Source of the DNA: an uncultured Clostridia bacterium
Lineage (GTDB): Bacteria > Bacillota > Clostridia > Christensenellales > UBA1242
Direction of reading: 5' to 3'
Length of the DNA: 64,000 nt
NCBI GenBank assembly: GCA_944376495.1
Contig: CALWCW010000068.1
Span: 14,456 to 78,455 of the forward strand
Shown here: positions 59,785-64,000 of the stretch, piece after piece
Position numbering within the stretch: position 1 is the stretch's first letter
Layout: the number at the start of each line of letters is the position of its first letter
Made by a program: the position numbers and the translations under genes
The notes under the pieces: model-generated
Databases searched by the model: none
Seen by the model: the letters and a program-made list of their open reading frames with translations, nothing else
Told to the model about the DNA's origin: nothing

Positions 59785-62388
59785 TTATTGTTGTTTTTGT
59801 AAAATGCTTATGACTTTATCTCGCAATTTATCAATTCGTTTTTTATTAAGTTTTATTATAATAATTAATAGTATTGACACAAGAATGATTGCAAAGAAAG
59901 TTATTAAAACGACAAACGAACTTGATGTTATAGAGAAAAGTTTTGGCAGTGCAATTATTGCAACTGTTATGCACACAAATGAAATGGCAAGTGTAAATCC
60001 TTTGAGTAAAGTTAGAGGGAAGCATAAGGTTGCTAAATTTAAAAAGCCTGTGTAAGTTAATATTAAACAGCATAAAGTTTTATATTCTTCATATGACATT
60101 GATAATGACTGACCTGTTTGGGAATTATATAAAACCATCACTATTAAAACATTGATAATCATTAGTAAGGCTCTTGGCAAGGCTCGTTTCATTACTTGAG
60201 GGATAAAGTTCCCTTTAATTGCCTTTGTGTTTGGTTCAAAGGTCAATAGGAATGAAGGTATTCCGATTACAAATGCTTCTAAAACCAGCATCATACTAGG
60301 AGTAAAAGGGTAAGGTTGTTGGATGAAAAGGGTTATTATTGTCAAAATTATTGCAAAGAAGGTTTTCATAAGGAACAAAGAAGAAGAATTTTGAACATTA
60401 TTGACAACTTGTCGTCCTTCTTTTACCACCGATGGAAGAGAAGAGAAATTAGATTCAAGAAGAACTAGTTTTGAAATACTTCTTGCAACTTCACTACCAT
60501 CTGCCATAGCAATTGAGCAGTCCGCCTCTTTGAGTGCAAGGGTATCATTTACACCATCACCTGTCATGGCAACTACTTTGCCTTTATTTTTCAATGCTTT
60601 GATTATTGTATATTTTTGTTCAGGTGTGACTCTTCCAAAAACGGTGAAATTATCTGCCATTTGTTCAACCTCTTTTAAACTGAAGTTTTCAAGTGATATG
60701 AATTTATCACTATTTTCAACTCCAACACGTTCTGCGATTTTTGATACGGTTGCAGGATCGTCACCAGAAATAATTTTTATTTCCACACCATTATCTTTAA
60801 ACCATTCAATAGTTTCAACAGCATCTTCTCTTATATGTTCTTCTAGTATAATAAGGGCAAGCAAGGTAGATTTTTCACCACTCATATTTTTTTCAAATTT
60901 CCCGCCATCTTGTTCTGCTAATGCCAAAACTCGCAAGCCTTTATTTTGTTGTTCTTTAATATATGCCAGTTGTTCTTGTGTTATGTTGCAACCAATTCTT
61001 GTTGAGGCACCTAAAAAATAGATTTTATGATTAGAAAGTTGAGTTATTGAATATTTTCTCTCTGATGAAAATTCTGCTAAATTCAATGCTGTGTAATCAT
61101 TATTTCTACCAAACTCTTTAATCATAGCACTGGATGTTGCATTTATTGTCTTTTGCAAATTCAAAATATTTGAAAGTATTTTCTTAATACTTGATTTTCT
61201 TTTCTTTGTATAAGTTATAAAATCAACAACTTTCATGGTTCCATCTGTTATTGTTCCCGTTTTATCCAGACATAAGACGTTTGTTCTTGCAAGCATTTCA
61301 ATGGAATATAAGTCACGGACTAAAGTTTTTTTGCGAGATAATTTTACAACTCCAATAGCAAGTGCAATAGTTACTAAAAGGAACATTCCTGCAGGAATCA
61401 TACTTGTAAGTGACCCAGCAGTGTTAGTTATTTGCTGTTTTATGGTTGAGCCTGCTTGTGCATATTCTTTTAAGAAGGTTAAAATTCCAATAGGGACAAG
61501 TGCTATACCAATGTATTTAATAAGTCTATTTAAGTCCTTGAAAAGATTAGATTGAGGAGCTTTAAATTCTTTTGCTTTTTTAGCCATTTGATAAATATAA
61601 TTATCTCTGCCAATTTTATCAACTCGTGCATAGCATTCTCCAGAAACAATAAAACTACCTGATAAAAGATAAGCATCTTTTTCTTTGTCAATTGCGTTTG
61701 ATTCTCCAGTCAATAAACTTTCATTAACTTCAACATGACCTTCGAGAATTTTGCAATCGGAAGGAATTTGATTTCCACTTGAAAGAATTATTATGTCATC
61801 TAAAAGTAGTTGGTCGGCTGGCATTTCTATTACTATTCCATCACGAACTGTTTTAACGAGTGGGGTGGTGACAATGGACAATTTTTCAACAGCAATCTTC
61901 GCACGTATTTCTTGTATTATAGCAATAGCCGTGTTTGCAATGATAACAAAGATAAAGATAAGGTCGCTATAAGAGCCAACGATAATTAAAGCAATTGCTA
62001 TTAAAGCCCATAACATATTGAAGAATGTGAAAATATTCTTAACAAAAATGGATGTATATGATTTTGTTGATTTGACCTTTGTCCTATTTATTAATTTATT
62101 GTTTGTCCTTTCTTTTACTTGTTCGCTGTTTAGACCTAAATTATAATCAGTTTCATATCTTTCAACGTTTTCAGGAACAGCGGGTTTTTCTTCTTTAATT
62201 TTCTTTTTTGAGGTGAATTTATTTTTAACTTTGTTTTTTACTTTTACAAAAAAACTTTTGTTGTTTTCTAATGCTTTTAAAGTATAAAAAAGCTCATCAA
62301 GTTCGTAGCCAGTAGGAATTTTACGTTTTAATTTACTTGATGATTTAATTAATGTTGGGTATTTAATATTAATTTTTTGTTTTTTCAT
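59785..62388 (-). CDS. Cation-transporting P-type ATPase (P2-like, Ca/Mg-type)
   Basis: 867 aa. LTGES, CLDKTGTITDG (phosphorylation site), MTGDGVNDTLALKEAD. About 110-aa Lys-rich N-terminal extension. Confidence 0.88.
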   Translation of the reverse strand: MKKQKINIKYPTLIKSSSKLKRKIPTGYELDELFYTLKALENNKSFFVKVKNKVKNKFTSKKKIKEEKPAVPENVERYETDYNLGLNSEQVKERTNNKLINRTKVKSTKSYTSIFVKNIFTFFNMLWALIAIALIIVGSYSDLIFIFVIIANTAIAIIQEIRAKIAVEKLSIVTTPLVKTVRDGIVIEMPADQLLLDDIIILSSGNQIPSDCKILEGHVEVNESLLTGESNAIDKEKDAYLLSGSFIVSGECYARVDKIGRDNYIYQMAKKAKEFKAPQSNLFKDLNRLIKYIGIALVPIGILTFLKEYAQAGSTIKQQITNTAGSLTSMIPAGMFLLVTIALAIGVVKLSRKKTLVRDLYSIEMLARTNVLCLDKTGTITDGTMKVVDFITYTKKRKSSIKKILSNILNLQKTINATSSAMIKEFGRNNDYTALNLAEFSSERKYSITQLSNHKIYFLGASTRIGCNITQEQLAYIKEQQNKGLRVLALAEQDGGKFEKNMSGEKSTLLALIILEEHIREDAVETIEWFKDNGVEIKIISGDDPATVSKIAERVGVENSDKFISLENFSLKEVEQMADNFTVFGRVTPEQKYTIIKALKNKGKVVAMTGDGVNDTLALKEADCSIAMADGSEVARSISKLVLLESNFSSLPSVVKEGRQVVNNVQNSSSLFLMKTFFAIILTIITLFIQQPYPFTPSMMLVLEAFVIGIPSFLLTFEPNTKAIKGNFIPQVMKRALPRALLMIINVLIVMVLYNSQTGQSLSMSYEEYKTLCCLILTYTGFLNLATLCFPLTLLKGFTLAISFVCITVAIIALPKLFSITSSSFVVLITFFAIILVSILLIIIIKLNKKRIDKLRDKVISILQKQQ

Positions 62389-62521
62389 AATTCCCTAATT
62401 TTATAATTTCACTTTATAGTATAATTTATTATTAATAAAAAGTCAACTTTATTCCAAATAGATTTGACAATGTTTTAAAAATAAGGTATTCTATTAAAAA
62501 AAATAAAAGCGAGGCGAGATT

Positions 62522-63760
62522 ATGCAAATAGAAATACCTGAATCTTTAAAAAAACTTGCAAAAAAATTCCCATGTGAACTTTATATTGTAGGCGGGTATA
62601 TTAGAAATTTAATTATGGACATTGAAAAAGACGACATAGATATATGTTCGTCTCTTACAATTGAGGCGGTTGAAAAACTTCTTGAAGGCAGTCAGTTTTC
62701 TGTTAAAATAAAAAGTAAGGCTCTTGGCAGTTGTATAATTAGTTTTAAGGATGAAAAATTTGAATATACAACTTTTAGAAAAGATTTTTATGCACCTGGC
62801 GGTCAGCATTTACCAGAAAAGGTTCAGTTTATTGAGGATGTTAGAGAAGATGCAAAACGAAGAGATTTTACTTGTAATGCAATTTATTATGATATAAAGA
62901 ATGATAAAATACTTGATTTTTATAATGGTATTGATGATATAAAGCGTAGAGTTTTAAAAACGGTTGAAACACCAGAAGAGGTTTTATCACATGATGGATT
63001 AAGAATTTTGCGTCTTTTTAGATTTCAGTGCGAACTTAATTTTAAGATTGATAAACAGACACTTTTAACGGCTTATAAATATGTAATTAATTTAAGAGAT
63101 ATTTCTGGCGAAAGGGTTATATATGAAATAACAAGGATTTTACATAGCCCATCTAGATATAAAAATGTTTCTAAACCACATGCTTACATGAAAACTTTGA
63201 GAATGTTTAACAAGGCAAAAATTTGGCCAATATTTGGTATTGATTGTCCTAAAATCAAATTTAATATGGTCAAGAAAGTTGAACATAAATCGCAAGGATT
63301 TTTGATAGATGTGATAGACACCGTAAATCCTATATCAATTTCGTATTATCTTAACCTTATTCTAACAAGTTCATTTGGATTAAATAAAAAGAATGTAGAA
63401 CAATATATTAATATATTGTCGGGCTATTATGAAGCATTGAATGGACTACAAAACAAACCTTACTTTTTTAAATATTTTGACAATTTTCCATCAATCTATC
63501 TTTTGCTTATACATAAGTCAAAATATCTTGCAAACAAATATAATTTCTTTTATAAATACATCATTTCACATAAATTGATTGTTTCTGTAAAAGATTTAAA
63601 AATAAATGGGGAGGACATTAAGAAAAATTATCCAACAGTCAGCCCAAATAGATACAAGCCTATATTGGAAAGTTTATTAAGTGATATATTTGATGGTAAC
63701 ATAAATAATGATAAGCAAGAACTTATTGAGGCAGTTGAAGGAAAGTTAAAATACTTGTAA
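62522..63760 (+). CDS. cca: CCA-adding tRNA nucleotidyltransferase / poly(A) polymerase family protein
   Basis: 412 aa. LYIVGGYIRNLIMD, DDIDIC, AKRRDFTCNAIYYD are class-II nucleotidyltransferase head motifs. CCA-adding versus poly(A) activity cannot be told from sequence by eye. Confidence 0.7.
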   Translation: MQIEIPESLKKLAKKFPCELYIVGGYIRNLIMDIEKDDIDICSSLTIEAVEKLLEGSQFSVKIKSKALGSCIISFKDEKFEYTTFRKDFYAPGGQHLPEKVQFIEDVREDAKRRDFTCNAIYYDIKNDKILDFYNGIDDIKRRVLKTVETPEEVLSHDGLRILRLFRFQCELNFKIDKQTLLTAYKYVINLRDISGERVIYEITRILHSPSRYKNVSKPHAYMKTLRMFNKAKIWPIFGIDCPKIKFNMVKKVEHKSQGFLIDVIDTVNPISISYYLNLILTSSFGLNKKNVEQYINILSGYYEALNGLQNKPYFFKYFDNFPSIYLLLIHKSKYLANKYNFFYKYIISHKLIVSVKDLKINGEDIKKNYPTVSPNRYKPILESLLSDIFDGNINNDKQELIEAVEGKLKYL

Positions 63761-63775
63761 AAATTTCAAAACAAT

Positions 63776-63821
63776 AAAAAGCAGAAAAATCATAAAAATC
63801 TAAAATTATTCTGCTTTTTTT
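63776..63821. terminator. Hairpin terminator
   Basis: AAAAAGCAGAA...TTCTGCTTTTTTT. Confidence 0.6.
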
Positions 63822-63914
63822 ATTTATATTTTAAATTAAATTTTTTTATTTTTATTAATAATTAAAAAAATAAATATTTTTTTAATAAATTATTTTTTTA
63901 TTAATAAAATTTTA

Positions 63915-64000
63915 TTAATCAATATGCCATTTTTTCTTTGCATTCTCAATTGTTTGACTTGTTACTTTTTGTGGAGAAATATATTTAACATTACTTTGCG
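63915..64000 (-). CDS. 3' end of an unidentified gene entering from the right edge
   Basis: The minus-strand frame reads ..QSNVKYISPQKVTSQTIENAKKKWHID-TAA. Only 28 codons are visible. Confidence 0.25.
   Translation of the reverse strand, partial: QSNVKYISPQKVTSQTIENAKKKWHID

Noticed and set aside
60401-61555. Plus-strand ORFs 60401..61021 (206 aa) and 61235..61555 (106 aa)
   Set aside because: They are antisense to the P-type ATPase, whose DKTGT, TGES and GDGVND motifs establish the minus-strand frame. They have no RBS, and their Ser/Thr/Phe-rich composition is typical of antisense frames. The same reasoning applies to 56962..57381 inside ftsH, 47347..47649, and the many 60-90-aa ORFs nested in secA, cysS, leuS and the giant gene.

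Overview
This is a very AT-rich chromosomal segment (roughly 30% GC by eye, not computed). It appears to come from a low-GC, endospore-forming Firmicute using the standard bacterial code: TAA is the dominant stop, and TGA also ends ORFs. All calls were made by hand translation and motif recognition, with no searches run.

Housekeeping backbone:
- secA
- rpmG-secE-nusG-rplK-rplA
- tRNA-Ser(CGA)
- folA
- queH and a signal peptidase I
- hup
- rubrerythrin
- tRNA-Glu(UUC)
- recD2-comFC, with recD2 interrupted by one in-frame TAA
- cysS
- a double-length ThyX-like gene
- rplJ-rplL with its L10 leader, inverted and about 36 kb away from rplKA
- leuS
- a gerA-type germinant receptor operon (A-B-C)
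- ftsH
- a P-type ATPase
- a CCA/poly(A)-polymerase-family enzyme

Accessory material:
- A more than 1228-codon ORF runs off the left edge and is absent from the supplied ORF track.
- A surface-protein locus spans 9.9-21.6 kb. It holds an InlB-B-repeat protein, a 2811-aa membrane-anchored giant protein and a GT2-TPR glycosyltransferase.
- A spore-surface-like cluster spans 26.7-30.8 kb. It holds a BclA-like collagen-repeat protein, two paralogous two-TM proteins, an Asn-rich 65-aa peptide and an ArsR regulator.
- Many small hypothetical genes are scattered throughout.

I saw no transposase, integrase, CRISPR array, rRNA or recognisable defence system, and I could not identify a complete, clearly novel multi-gene system.

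Best follow-up candidates:
1. A G9 tract sits inside a promoter spacer, and a T8 tract splits the signal peptide of the same surface-protein gene. Together they suggest a two-level phase switch.
2. An 89-nt perfect four-helix-junction element with an overlapping 23-codon uORF lies upstream of a GPH transporter.
3. Two orphan pilin-like two-TM paralogues and the strongly signalled Asn/Cys peptide lie next to the collagen-like gene.
4. A tRNA-Glu 3'-end duplication looks like an att-site scar.
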